Source of the DNA: a virus
Taxonomy: Duplodnaviria > Heunggongvirae > Uroviricota > Caudoviricetes
Length of the DNA stretch: 64,000 bases
Virus record (IMG/VR): IMGVR_UViG_2724679538_000004
Span: 45,799-109,798 of that record
Strand: one strand, 5' to 3'
Part shown: in pieces, positions 44,904 to 55,500 of the stretch
Layout: every line of letters begins with the position of its first letter
Numbering within the stretch: the stretch's first letter is position 1
Translations under genes and position numbers: made by a program
The notes under the pieces: model-generated
What the model saw: only the letters and a program-made list of their open reading frames with translations
The model's database searches: none
What the model was told of the DNA's origin: nothing

Positions 44904-44921
44904 GAATATGGAGAAATTCAA

Positions 44922-46496
44922 ATGGAATTGGATGACAAACAAATTAAAGATTTAGTGGCAAGACGCCACCCTGAATACGAAAAGAAAAAGACACATTGGG
45001 ACTTCCTCGCCAGCACTTACGCTGGTGGGCGTGGTTGGTTCGCTGACAACATCTTTCGTTATTTCAAAGAAGGCGATCAGGAGTTTAAGGAACGTCTTGA
45101 GCGTGCTTACCGCTTCAATCACACCCGTGAAGTAGTAAACCTCATTAATAAATACCTGTTTAAAGAAGATATCCATCGAAACACAGAGGAAGCGCCTGAG
45201 CAGATCCGTAACTTCTGGAAAAGAGCGACACGCCAGAATGCATCTATCGACTCATTTATGGCTGCTATCGATTTGCAATCGTCAATCTATGGCCGTATTT
45301 GGGTTGTTGTAGATAGCACAATGAATGGTGATGTGGAGTCAGTCGCTGATGAGAAGAGGAAGAATGCACGTGCCTATGCCTACTGGATTTCCCCTCAACA
45401 AATGCTGGATGTGGCATGGGATGATGACGGCAATATGTTATGGGCGTTAATTGTGGAAGTTGCTCGTGATGATGCAGATCCATTTACTTCAACCGGTCAG
45501 GAATACCAACGTTATCGTCTGTGGACACAAAACGAGTGGTATCTGTTCCGTGAAGAAGTTAAGAAGAGCGCTGGCGGAGCCGGTCGCCGTCAGGCAAAAG
45601 TTATTTTAGAGGATAGCGGTGAACATAATCTCGGCGTAGTTCCCGTGTTTCCTGTTGATTGTATTGGAGAAAGCGAATCACCGTATTTCAGTCCATCGTT
45701 AATCGATGACATCGCATATCTTGATCGTGCTGTAGCCAACTATTTGTCTAACCTTGATGCCATTATTCAGGATCAAACTTTCAGTCAGTTGGCTATCCCC
45801 GTGCAGTCGATGATGCCTGGTGATGAAAGCCATAGCAAGGTGCTGGAAATGGGCACAAAACGAGTTTTCACCTACGATTCTGAAGGTGGAAACCAGCCGT
45901 TTTATCTTTCTCCAGATCCAAAACAAGCTCAGATGATCATCACTACGATTAAGACGGTGATTAATGAAATCTACCATTCAGTTGGTGTTGCTGGCGAACG
46001 AACGAAGCAGGATAACGCACAGGGAATCGATAACTCTTCTGGTGCCGCTAAGATGTATGACTTCCAGCGAGTTAACAGTCTGCTGGTCACAAAAGCAGAG
46101 CGTCTTGAAAGGGCAGAGCGACAAATTATGCAACTTGTCGCTAAATGGATGGGAGTCGAGCTGGATGAAGACCATTCTCTAATTGCTTACCCTGAGAGTT
46201 TTGATATTCGCGGTCTTACTGACGAATTTGCTGTTGCTGAGAAGCTGTCAATGCTTCAAGCGCCTGATTCTGTACGTCGTCGTCAGATGGAAATGCTCAT
46301 CGAGAAGATTTTCCCGAATATCACTGAGGCGATGAAAAAGGAATTTGATAAAGATCTCTTGAATTTTCCGCCAAAAAATGATCTAAATACCCTTGAAAAT
46401 AAGTCAGTACTTACTTATCATCGAGATACAGCTCAAGAAACCGAGCAAGATCAACCCCGAGGGAGTGGGGACTCATCTACTCAAGAAACCGAGTGA
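44922..46496 (+). CDS. portal protein (putative)
   Basis: 524 aa; position between terminase and scaffold. Confidence 0.6.
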   Translation: MELDDKQIKDLVARRHPEYEKKKTHWDFLASTYAGGRGWFADNIFRYFKEGDQEFKERLERAYRFNHTREVVNLINKYLFKEDIHRNTEEAPEQIRNFWKRATRQNASIDSFMAAIDLQSSIYGRIWVVVDSTMNGDVESVADEKRKNARAYAYWISPQQMLDVAWDDDGNMLWALIVEVARDDADPFTSTGQEYQRYRLWTQNEWYLFREEVKKSAGGAGRRQAKVILEDSGEHNLGVVPVFPVDCIGESESPYFSPSLIDDIAYLDRAVANYLSNLDAIIQDQTFSQLAIPVQSMMPGDESHSKVLEMGTKRVFTYDSEGGNQPFYLSPDPKQAQMIITTIKTVINEIYHSVGVAGERTKQDNAQGIDNSSGAAKMYDFQRVNSLLVTKAERLERAERQIMQLVAKWMGVELDEDHSLIAYPESFDIRGLTDEFAVAEKLSMLQAPDSVRRRQMEMLIEKIFPNITEAMKKEFDKDLLNFPPKNDLNTLENKSVLTYHRDTAQETEQDQPRGSGDSSTQETE

Positions 46497-46518
46497 TAAG
46501 TAACTGAAAGGAATTTTT

Positions 46519-47406
46519 ATGTATCTGTGGCAAATGCTTATGGCCCAACGTGGGCTTATGAATGTGGCCGAAGCGCATGAGCGTGGAGGTGCAGGCGTTG
46601 CTCCTGCTGAGAATGATCAGGGTGCACAAGTCCTTGACAATCAGAATGAGCAAAAAGAGCAGCCGAAGGGCGATGACGAGTTTGCTGGCATGACTCAGGA
46701 AGAGTTGGTGGCCGAGCTTCGTAAGTCCAAAAAAGCTGGTGCTGAACTACTGAAAGAGAACATGAAGCGCAAAGAGAAAGAGCGCACATTGGCCGATCAG
46801 CTTGCTCAGTACGGCGATATTGATCCGGCGCGTGCTCGTCAGCTTTTAGAAGCTGAACAGGCCGCAGAAAACGCACGTCGTGAGGCGGAGCAGGCTGAGC
46901 TTGAGCGTCGTGGTGAGTTCGATGCTGTTAAGAAGCAGATGATCGAAGCACATCAGGCAGAGCTGGCACAACGTGACGAACGCTATGCCGCACTGGAGAG
47001 TGAGAACACCGCACTGAAATCTCAATTAGTTGAGATGACAATAGGCGCTTCTTTCAGCAACTCAACATTCCTACGTGACAAAGTTCTGATGACTCCGGCA
47101 AAAGCTCGCGTTGTCTACGGTTCTCATTTCGAAGTTGGTGAAGACGGTAGTGTTGTGGGCTATGACAAACCGGCAGGTCATAAGGAACGAACTGTTCTGG
47201 TTGACGGTGAAGGTAAACCGTTGCCGTTTGAATCCGCGATTGAACGCATTGTGCGGGCAGATCCGGAAGCTGACGCATTGATGCGCAGCGAAGCCAAGCA
47301 GGGTGCTGGTTCTAATACTAAACCAACCCATAAAGTTACCCAGCCGAAGAATAAGTCAACTATGGATAAGTTGGCGTCAGGTCTGGGGAAAATCGGACTT
47401 AAGTAA
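46519..47406 (+). CDS. scaffolding protein (putative)
   Basis: Charged A/E/R/Q-rich coiled-coil-like sequence directly upstream of the capsid gene. Confidence 0.55.
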   Translation: MYLWQMLMAQRGLMNVAEAHERGGAGVAPAENDQGAQVLDNQNEQKEQPKGDDEFAGMTQEELVAELRKSKKAGAELLKENMKRKEKERTLADQLAQYGDIDPARARQLLEAEQAAENARREAEQAELERRGEFDAVKKQMIEAHQAELAQRDERYAALESENTALKSQLVEMTIGASFSNSTFLRDKVLMTPAKARVVYGSHFEVGEDGSVVGYDKPAGHKERTVLVDGEGKPLPFESAIERIVRADPEADALMRSEAKQGAGSNTKPTHKVTQPKNKSTMDKLASGLGKIGLK

Positions 47407-47431
47407 CATCTTAATCAAAGGGAATTGATAG

Positions 47432-48313
47432 ATGCCATTACTGCGTGAAGAAGCTGAAAAGCTGTCTAATAACGAACTTGAACAGGGCGTGATTGAAACC
47501 ATCATCGATCGCGATGACTTGTTCGCAATCCTGCCGTTCATGAAGATTAATTCCAAGGCGTACCTGTACAATCGTGAGGCTACCCTGAGCGAAGCAGAGT
47601 TCATCGACGTGAACGACACCATCACCGAAGGTGCAGCAACCTTCACTGAACATGTAGCGAAGCTGCGTATTCTGGCGGGTGATGTAGACGTCGACAAATT
47701 CCTGGCAACCACGATGGCAGATACCAACAACCAGCTGGCTATCCAGGTTCGTCAGAAAGTAAAAGGTCTGGCTCGCGCATTCCGTCGTAATCTGATTCTG
47801 GGGGACTCCAGTTCCAACAATAAGGCGTTTGATGGCATTCCTCGCCTGATGCACGCCGATCAGAAGATCGATATCGCAAAAGCCGCTATGACCTTCTCAA
47901 TGTTCGACGAACTGGTCGATGCGGTTAAAGATCTTGGTGCTGACTGCATCATGATGCGCTCAGAACATCTGCGTGCATATCGTGCACTGCTGCGTACCGT
48001 TAACGTTGGTCCGTCTGAAATTATGATGGAGAATTTCGGTCGTCCGATGCTGTGCCATAACGGTGTGCCGTTCATCGTAAACGACTTTATTCCGCTGACC
48101 ACCGAGAAGGATGCAGCAGACATCTACTGCCTGCACCTGTCGGAAGAAAATGGTGTAACTGGTCTGTATGGCGGCGACAACGCAGGTATTGTCGTAGAGA
48201 ATATTGGTACTGTTCAGAACAAAGACGCTACGCGTACTCGTGTGAAATGGTACTGCTCTCTGGCGAACAAGCACGACAAGGCTATCGCTGCGCTGACCAA
48301 TGTAAAAATTTAA
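47432..48313 (+). CDS. major capsid protein (putative)
   Basis: 293 aa; strong RBS; followed by palindrome and a strong terminator; assigned by position. Confidence 0.55.
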   Translation: MPLLREEAEKLSNNELEQGVIETIIDRDDLFAILPFMKINSKAYLYNREATLSEAEFIDVNDTITEGAATFTEHVAKLRILAGDVDVDKFLATTMADTNNQLAIQVRQKVKGLARAFRRNLILGDSSSNNKAFDGIPRLMHADQKIDIAKAAMTFSMFDELVDAVKDLGADCIMMRSEHLRAYRALLRTVNVGPSEIMMENFGRPMLCHNGVPFIVNDFIPLTTEKDAADIYCLHLSEENGVTGLYGGDNAGIVVENIGTVQNKDATRTRVKWYCSLANKHDKAIAALTNVKI

Positions 48314-48320
48314 CCTAAAT

Positions 48321-48342
48321 AATAGGTAAGCACTTACCTATG
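48321..48342. promoter_or_regulatory. copy of recurrent palindrome (AATAGGTAAGCACTTACCTATG)
   Basis: Directly after the capsid gene. Confidence 0.4.
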
Positions 48343-48350
48343 CTTTCAAG

Positions 48351-48377
48351 GGGTGGGCTTTGCGCCCACCTTTTTTC
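48351..48377 (+). terminator. intrinsic terminator
   Basis: GGTGGGCTTTGCGCCCACC plus TTTTTT. Confidence 0.65.
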
Positions 48378-48402
48378 AAGGTGGAAACGGAGAGAGCGAA
48401 CG

Positions 48403-48834
48403 ATGAAACCAGCGAAAATACGCCTAATTGAACCATCCTTCATCGGCTATACAGGTGTCTTATGTGGAGTGCAGTTCAAAGACGGTATTTCTGTAAAAGA
48501 TCTGCCTTTTATTGATCAGCAACGAATTTGCGCTTCAATGCGTGCCATGACCCTTGAAGGTGAGAACGCATCTCCCTCTGCTGCTTATGGTGCTCGTCAC
48601 ACATTATCTGCCGATAAAGTCGTTGAAAAAGAAGCCCCAGAAATTGTGCCGTTGAAGCGCGGTAAGTCAGAGGAAGAAAAGAAAGTTCAGCATTTTTCTC
48701 GTGAAGAATTGGAGTCAATTGCTGACAGTGAAGGAATTGCAGGTCTTCGTATCATTGGCAATCAGTTTGGCGTGAAAGCGAAAGGTATTGTTGAAATGAT
48801 CGAAGGAATCCTGAAAGCGCAAGGCGGTGAGTAA
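48403..48834 (+). CDS. hypothetical head-associated protein
   Basis: ATG 48403 with GGAGAG RBS. Confidence 0.4.
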   Translation: MKPAKIRLIEPSFIGYTGVLCGVQFKDGISVKDLPFIDQQRICASMRAMTLEGENASPSAAYGARHTLSADKVVEKEAPEIVPLKRGKSEEEKKVQHFSREELESIADSEGIAGLRIIGNQFGVKAKGIVEMIEGILKAQGGE

Positions 48835-49667
48835 TGGCGCAGATCGACACCTACCGAGGCGGGGAGACGGTTTCCCTGTCATTTGCATTTAATGTGCTGG
48901 ATATCCAGTCGGCCACATATACAGTTCGAGATGGAGCCGGGACTGCACTCGTTGAAGACGAGCCGATTGATATTACAGAAGGTCAGATGGCAATTCCGGT
49001 CGTCGTGTCGGCTGAACATAACCAACTTGCGGATAAAGAGCGCGATCTGCGTTACGTCATCGTCAAAGCGGTGGCATCAGGACTCACGCATGAAGAGCGT
49101 AGAATGTATGTTCTGCTAAACAGCTTTGAGCTGGCAATACCAGAACAATCATTTGCAACCATCGCTGATGCACAGATGCAGGCCATTGATATGTTGAATG
49201 GTGACACTTTGCTGGCAGATGGTGAAGGTTTGATGCGTAAACGTCTCATAGAAGCCACCAGACGAATAAAAACATTGCCATTCTCAGTTCGTAAAATTCT
49301 TCGAATCGACTTCGACAGATATGACCGTCCTCAGAACATGTTAAACGTGTACGACATCCCGTGGGGTGCTGATGGGGCATATCGACATGATTTGGTCGAT
49401 TGGGAGCAAATGACGCATGAGAAGTTTGAAGAATTTCCTGAATACTTCAAAGAAGCGTTAATGCTGGCCGTTATCAACGAAGCGTGCGAAATCGCTAATG
49501 GTAATGATGTAGCAGCAGCTCGCGAAGACGGTATTTTGTCTGAATCAATTGGTGAAACAACCAACATGTACCGAACAGGTAAAGCGGCAAATACCCATGT
49601 TGCTCGTAGCACCTGGAGGCTGCTAGTTAGTTATATCAACAATCGGATGATTATCCGTCGTGCGTAA
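48834..49667 (+). CDS. hypothetical structural protein
   Basis: 277-aa ORF in the head-tail joining region. Confidence 0.4.
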   Translation: MAQIDTYRGGETVSLSFAFNVLDIQSATYTVRDGAGTALVEDEPIDITEGQMAIPVVVSAEHNQLADKERDLRYVIVKAVASGLTHEERRMYVLLNSFELAIPEQSFATIADAQMQAIDMLNGDTLLADGEGLMRKRLIEATRRIKTLPFSVRKILRIDFDRYDRPQNMLNVYDIPWGADGAYRHDLVDWEQMTHEKFEEFPEYFKEALMLAVINEACEIANGNDVAAAREDGILSESIGETTNMYRTGKAANTHVARSTWRLLVSYINNRMIIRRA

Positions 49668-49764
49668 CTCTCGTCGCACCATTTACTTCTGGTCGAATGG
49701 CTTAAGACGTGAACACGCGCCTTCGCCTGGTAATGCGTGCGGCGATCTTCACGAGGGAGAGTGG

Positions 49765-50109
49765 ATGAACGTTTCATGGCAAACAGAAATTTCAATATAC
49801 CGTTTTGGCGTAAAAAACGTTTACGGTGAGGCTCAGCTGCAATTTGTCAGGAAGACAAATGTTGGTGTTGTTAAGTTCGAGCAGAGCAATGAAAAGTCTT
49901 CTGTTCGTGCAGATAGCTCTGGTAGCCGTGGTAAAGCCAATCTGGAGTTGTTTGACGCGGTATTAGTAATACCACTTGAAGCGGCGGTGCAGCTCGACGA
50001 TGTACTGATACTTGAAGGGCAGAAATTAAAAGTCTCAAGTGTGCATCGTAGATGGGGATTGCGTGGTCGACCTGGGCATCTTGAGGTTGGTGCAAATATA
50101 TGGGTCTGA
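49765..50109 (+). CDS. head-tail connector/adaptor-like protein (putative)
   Basis: ATG 49765 with GAGGGAGAG RBS; position. Confidence 0.35.
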   Translation: MNVSWQTEISIYRFGVKNVYGEAQLQFVRKTNVGVVKFEQSNEKSSVRADSSGSRGKANLELFDAVLVIPLEAAVQLDDVLILEGQKLKVSSVHRRWGLRGRPGHLEVGANIWV

Positions 50110-50573
50110 AATATGATGCGCACCAATTCAAACGTGCAGGAGAGAGACTTAACAACAGTCAGAAAGCCTTTAAGCGCTATCTCATCAGAGATATGGAAAG
50201 ACTGGCTCGTTTGGTTGAACGGCTAAGTCGAGCAATGGCCCCGCTGGAAACAGGCTCTCTGGAGACAGCCATCTTTGCCAGAGTGATTAAAGAAGGGTAT
50301 TCAGGGCTGCGCATTGAGCTTTCTGTGTCTGGCGCAAAACCACGTCAGGGGCATCCGGGTGTAGAAGTCGGTGACTATGCCAGGTATATGGAACTGGGTA
50401 AATATCGACTCGGTTATCTTTCTCGAATGAAGAACGTGACAAACCCACCAATTGCCGGTGTTAAACCTCGTGTTGGACCACACTTTCTGGAAAGAGCGGT
50501 GCAGATTAGCGAGAAGCAGTTCTCCGAATCGATTCTTGAGGCTGCCAGGAAAGCCGGATTTACGAGAGGTTAA
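50100..50573 (+). CDS. tail/neck component (putative)
   Basis: 157-aa ORF; position. Confidence 0.35.
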   Translation: MGLKYDAHQFKRAGERLNNSQKAFKRYLIRDMERLARLVERLSRAMAPLETGSLETAIFARVIKEGYSGLRIELSVSGAKPRQGHPGVEVGDYARYMELGKYRLGYLSRMKNVTNPPIAGVKPRVGPHFLERAVQISEKQFSESILEAARKAGFTRG

Positions 50574-50574
50574 C

Positions 50575-50958
50575 GTGTTTATTGAAGCATTTGCCAACTT
50601 AATGCAGAAGGCAAAGATTGGTACTGTAGGTACAGATATTTTCTGCCATTACATGCCAGCCGATGTTAAATCTGGCGTACTACTGATCAATCCGAATACC
50701 GGTATCAGTATTGATCACGAGTTACAGGGCTTTTATCACGAGTCGTTTACTATCATTGTCCGTGGCGCAACGATTACCAAAACAATCGAAAAGGCAAACA
50801 AGATAATTGATATGTTTCCTATTCAGGAAACAGAATCCAATGGCGTCTTTTTTCGTCTTGTGCGTCCTCTGTCAATGCCGATCACTTATCCAAAAAACGA
50901 CGGTGCATTAATTGAAGCAGGTATACCAATTGAATTTGCTGGCTATTTATTGAATTAA
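50575..50958 (+). CDS. tail completion-like protein (putative)
   Basis: GTG 50575 with GAGAGG RBS; position. Confidence 0.35.
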   Translation: MFIEAFANLMQKAKIGTVGTDIFCHYMPADVKSGVLLINPNTGISIDHELQGFYHESFTIIVRGATITKTIEKANKIIDMFPIQETESNGVFFRLVRPLSMPITYPKNDGALIEAGIPIEFAGYLLN

Positions 50959-50961
50959 ATT

Positions 50962-50985
50962 AATAGGTAAGTATATACTTACTAC
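50962..50985. promoter_or_regulatory. copy of recurrent palindrome (AATAGGTAAGTATATACTTACTAC)
   Basis: Upstream of the major tail gene. Confidence 0.35.
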
Positions 50986-51032
50986 ACGCGCAATGATTGT
51001 GCCGATTTAACGGAAAAAGGAGTTTTCCATCA

Positions 51033-51779
51033 ATGTCTAATACCCATGTAAAAAACATCAAACTCGGTGCCTGCAGGGTGTCATTTGGTGGTGTGGATCT
51101 GGGGTACACCAAAGGTGGTGTTCAGGTTGAAGTGGCAACTGAAACGCTGAAAGTCACCGTCGACCAGCACGGCCAGACAGTTATGTCCGAGCTGGTGCAG
51201 GGTCGTAACATTACCATTACTGCGCCGCTGGCCGAGTCTGTATTGAAGAATATGGTCGATCTGATGCCGGGGTCTACTCTGAACGAAGACGACAACGCTG
51301 TGACCATCACTTCCGCACAGGGTGTCAACCTGATCGACGTAGCCAAAGAGCTGGTTCTGACTCCGCAGGACACTACCGACTACGTTCTGACCATCCCGAA
51401 AGCTGCGACCGCTGGTAACTTCACCATGACCTACCAGTCTGATGATGTTCGTGTGTTCTCTGTTCAGTTCAGTGCGTACCCTGATGACGAAGGCGTTCTG
51501 GGTAGAATGAGCGGTCCTAAACCGGTAAAAACCGTGTCGATCTCACCGGATTCCCCCATTGTAAAGGTTGGAGAGACTGTGCAACTGACAGCTGAAATCA
51601 CGCCAGCTGACGCCGCAGACAAAACCGGTGTTTGGGAATCCGAAGATCTTGAAAAGGCCACGGTAGACCAAACAGGTCTTGTGCGTGGCGCGGGGCAGGG
51701 TTCCACAAACATCTCCTTCACCAGCAATAGCGGTGGTAAGAAGGCTACTAAATCAGTAACGATTAATCCCGCAGATTAA
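51033..51779 (+). CDS. major tail protein with C-terminal Ig-like (Big_2-type) domain
   Basis: C-terminal VSISPDSPIVKVGETVQLTAEITPADAADKTGVWESED...ATVD resembles Big_2 Ig-like domains as in lambda gpV; AAAAAGGAG RBS. Confidence 0.65.
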   Translation: MSNTHVKNIKLGACRVSFGGVDLGYTKGGVQVEVATETLKVTVDQHGQTVMSELVQGRNITITAPLAESVLKNMVDLMPGSTLNEDDNAVTITSAQGVNLIDVAKELVLTPQDTTDYVLTIPKAATAGNFTMTYQSDDVRVFSVQFSAYPDDEGVLGRMSGPKPVKTVSISPDSPIVKVGETVQLTAEITPADAADKTGVWESEDLEKATVDQTGLVRGAGQGSTNISFTSNSGGKKATKSVTINPAD

Positions 51780-51833
51780 TCAGTGACTAAGCAGAGGCTC
51801 AGGATGGGCCTCTCTTTTAAAAGGATTTAACCA

Positions 51834-52151
51834 ATGACCAAATTACTCGACCTCGATTCCATTCTGCCTCCGAAGAAAAGCATCAAATTTGGCGGTCAGG
51901 AATATCCCATCGTTGAAATGACGGTAGGTCTGTTCGTTTCCATCAAGCAGATGGAAGGTAAAGATCTCATGAACATGTCTCCTGTTGAGCAAGTGACAGC
52001 TTATGCAGATCTGGTTCGTAAGGTTATCCCTTCAGTGCCTGACGAAGTTCTTGAAAAACTGACTGTTCCGCAACTCCAGCAGATCTTCACCTTCGCTATG
52101 GAAGTGATTGATGAAGAAAACGAAAAAGCGGCTGGCGAAGGGGCAAAGTAA
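51834..52151 (+). CDS. tail assembly chaperone (gpG-like)
   Basis: Small acidic ORF between the major tail and tape-measure genes. Confidence 0.55.
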   Translation: MTKLLDLDSILPPKKSIKFGGQEYPIVEMTVGLFVSIKQMEGKDLMNMSPVEQVTAYADLVRKVIPSVPDEVLEKLTVPQLQQIFTFAMEVIDEENEKAAGEGAK

Positions 52152-52501
52152 TTTCCCGTGATGAATCCGGGATAAGGACCGTCTCAATAGATCTCGGATT
52201 CTATTTCAGTCGTGTAGTTGCTCACTACGCCGTGTCGCCATTAGAGCTACTGAACGTTCCTCTCACGATGTTCTGGATGCTCAGTCGCAATATAGACCGT
52301 CTGCGTGCGGAAGAGGATGTCCGCAACTTACAAGTCGCTCGTGCGTCCCAGGCGGATGGCGAGGCTGTGAAGGCGTTCATGGAGGGTTTGCAACTCAGGA
52401 TTGGAAGACCAGTCGTAACAGATAAAGTCTACGATCCAAGCCAGGATAAGGCAGACCCTGACGCCAAAGAGCAACTGATGCAAATATTTGGCAGAGGATG
52501 A
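52115..52501 (+). CDS. tail assembly chaperone frameshift extension (gpGT-like, -1 frame)
   Basis: The -1 frame is open from 52115, overlapping the last codons of the G-like ORF, with an A5 run at 52123-52127. Confidence 0.45.
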   Translation, partial: RKRKSGWRRGKVISRDESGIRTVSIDLGFYFSRVVAHYAVSPLELLNVPLTMFWMLSRNIDRLRAEEDVRNLQVARASQADGEAVKAFMEGLQLRIGRPVVTDKVYDPSQDKADPDAKEQLMQIFGRG

Positions 52502-52508
52502 CAAGGGA

Positions 52509-55500
52509 ATGTCACAAAACGTAGAGTTTATCCTGTCGCTGGAAGACAAACAGTTTACAGCGTCAATCGATCGTGCGGGGAAACTGCTTACTCGATTTGG
52601 TGAGCAGGTAACAAAGCCTGCTCAAAAAATCCAAACCTTTGAACGCTCTTTGGGTTCGGTCGCCCGTATCATTGGCGTTCTGGAAAGCAAGCTCGATTCT
52701 ACGGCAGATAAACTACAGGATGTAGCTGCTGGTTTTGAGCTTGCTTCAGATGCTACGCGTAAAATGCGTGGCAACATCACAAGCCTCAATTCTGGTCTTA
52801 AAGCCCTGATTGAGCGCGTCGATACGACAACTTCTTCAGTAGATAAACTCACCGCTTCATTACGTAAAGTGCAATTAGAGCTGAATGACTTCTCTGATTG
52901 GGCGACGTATGCGAGCAAAAGCGCAAGCCGTTTTGGTACGGAGGTCAAAGAAGCCTCTGCATCAGTCAGCGGAATGAACACGCGTCTAAATAGCACTGCA
53001 AAACGACTTAGCAATTGGGGGGTGACAACAAGCCAGGCTGCCGAGGGACTGAAAAAGGTTCGTGAGCAGATGGACGAAGTTATCGGACGTCAGCAACTGA
53101 TTAGCAAGCCGGTACGTGTTCGTACATCTGGAAGTGGCGATGGTGGTAGCGGGCGGCGTAGCGGCGCTTCTGGTCACAGCGGTAAAAATAACGAAGGAAG
53201 TATGTTCTCTGGTCTTCGTGGCAACATTTTCCTGCTTGGCGAGATCGGAGATGCAGCCAGAACGGTTACTGACATCATGTTTGGGTGGCAGAAGCCTATT
53301 GTTGAAGCTGCGGCCGAAATGGAACGTATGCGGGTGATGCTTCGTGGGTTGAATAAGGAGAAGTCAAACCCTGGCCAGGCTGCCGCCGATGATATGAAGT
53401 ACATCGTAGACATGGCTCAAAATGCGCCGTTTGCGATGCAGGCGTTAACAGATTCCTTCGTGAAGTTTCGTTCTGCTGGCTTAGATCCAACCGATGGTTC
53501 TCTAAAGGCGCTGGTGGACTCCGTTGCTCGTTTTGGTGGTGATAGTGAGCTGTTGAAACGTGCGGCTGTGGCCGTTCAGCAGATGTCAGGTAAGGGCGTA
53601 GTGTCTATGGAAGAGCTACGTCAGCAATTAGGCGAAGCAGTTCCTAACGCGATGCAGGCAATGGCAGACGCAGCTGGCATCACTATGGGTGAACTGACTA
53701 AAGCTGTTGCCAGTGGTACGGTTGAAGCAAAACAGGCGTTGTCTCTGATGTTTGTTGGTCTGCGTGCAGAAAATGAAAATGCCGCGAAGGACATGATGCA
53801 GACGTATACCGGTGCGCTGGCGCAGCTGCAAACCTCCTTCACGTTATTTGCTGATCGCGTTGGCCAGGCTGGATATCTGGACTCTCTGTCAAAGGGGATG
53901 AAAGAACTGGCTTCAATCATGAATAGCGCCGAAGGGATTTCGTTTGCCAATTCTTTAGGTTCGGGATTAACGACGGCAATCGATGGGTTGCGTCAGCTTG
54001 CTCAGTGGTTGGCAAAGAATCAGGAATTGGTAATTAATCTCGGTAAGGTCGTGGCCGCGATGGTTGCGTTCAAACTGATGCGCGCGGGGATCATGGGGGT
54101 AGTTGGTGCTGGCAGCCAGATGGTTAGCACCTTTACTACAATGGCTACCGCTATCCAGACGCCATTTAACCTGGGCGCTACAGCAGTAACTCGATTCAAT
54201 CGTGCAGCACGTATGGGGTTGGCTCCGATCCCCTCTCTTATTTTCGCCATCCGTGGGGCGATTACGGGGCTTAAAGGCGCTTTTGCTGGATTAACGGCGT
54301 TCATTGCGGCAAACCCTATAGGGGCAGCATTTACAGTTGCTACTGTAGCTGTTTCTGGCCTAATCACGTACATGACCATGCTTCGTAGCGAAACGTCAAA
54401 GGTCGTTGACGAGATTAGGAAAATCCCAGAGGCGATGACTGCGGCGAAACGAGCGCAGATGGCCGATCGAGCAGAAAAACTCGAAAAGCAGATTATTGCT
54501 GATCAACGAGCGTTAAAAACTGGTGAGGGTGTTAATTACGTATCCAACTCTGCTGGTGTTATTACTCATAAAGAGTCGAAGGCTGATATCGAAGCACGCC
54601 TGAAAAAAAATCAGGAAGAGTATCAAAAGATAACCGGCACGATAGCTCTTGGTGATGGCGCTGTAGCAAAGCGTTTGGCTAAAGAGGCTGCCGAATCTCA
54701 GATTGAGAAAATTCGAGCTGACAATCAGATTTTCGCTGCAACCTTCGTTAAAGCCCGTCAGGAGGCTCTGGAGAAGATCCAGAAAATCAATGATGACGGT
54801 TCGCTTTCAGATGACGAAAAGAACAAGCTATTGGCGCCGTTACGTGAAACGGTAAACAAAAGCTATCTGGAGCCAGCGCAAAAACTGGTTGATTCACTTT
54901 CTTCTCGTAAGAATGCGACTGAGAAGCAAATAGCGACTCTTAATGATCAGCTTGAAAAAGCCAAAAAAGATGGAAATACCGAGCAGATCCAGAAACTGCA
55001 AGGCAGTATTCGTGGTTATCAGGAGCATTTGGAAGCCGTTGCTCAGGAACTGACTCAGGCAGAGTTCGAGAGAGATAACGCGGCCAAAACTGGTAAGGGC
55101 GTAATGTCAAACCAGGGGACTGTTCTTGGGTTAGGTACAACTGATAAAGCGGCTAAGAAGGCGCTGGCGCAATATATGCGAAACCAGATGGATTCTGCGA
55201 CTTATCAGCGTACTTTGCCTGACGGCACTCCGATGATGGACTTCGAAGGTAAGCCGATTATTGGGCCTAAACAACTCAAGACGCAGCTTAATTTGCAGAA
55301 AGCATCCAGTGCCAGCTCTCTGGAGAAAATGAGCGATGAAGAGCGTGCCGCAGCCATTGCCGCACTGACTAAAGCTCGTGAACAGGATGCCGCAGCCGCC
55401 GAGAAAGCAGCCCAACGATCAGCTAATGCCTCACAGCGTGCGGCCAAGAAAGAACAGGCAGCGCAACAAAAACTGGCGGCCGGATACCAGAAGGCTCTGG

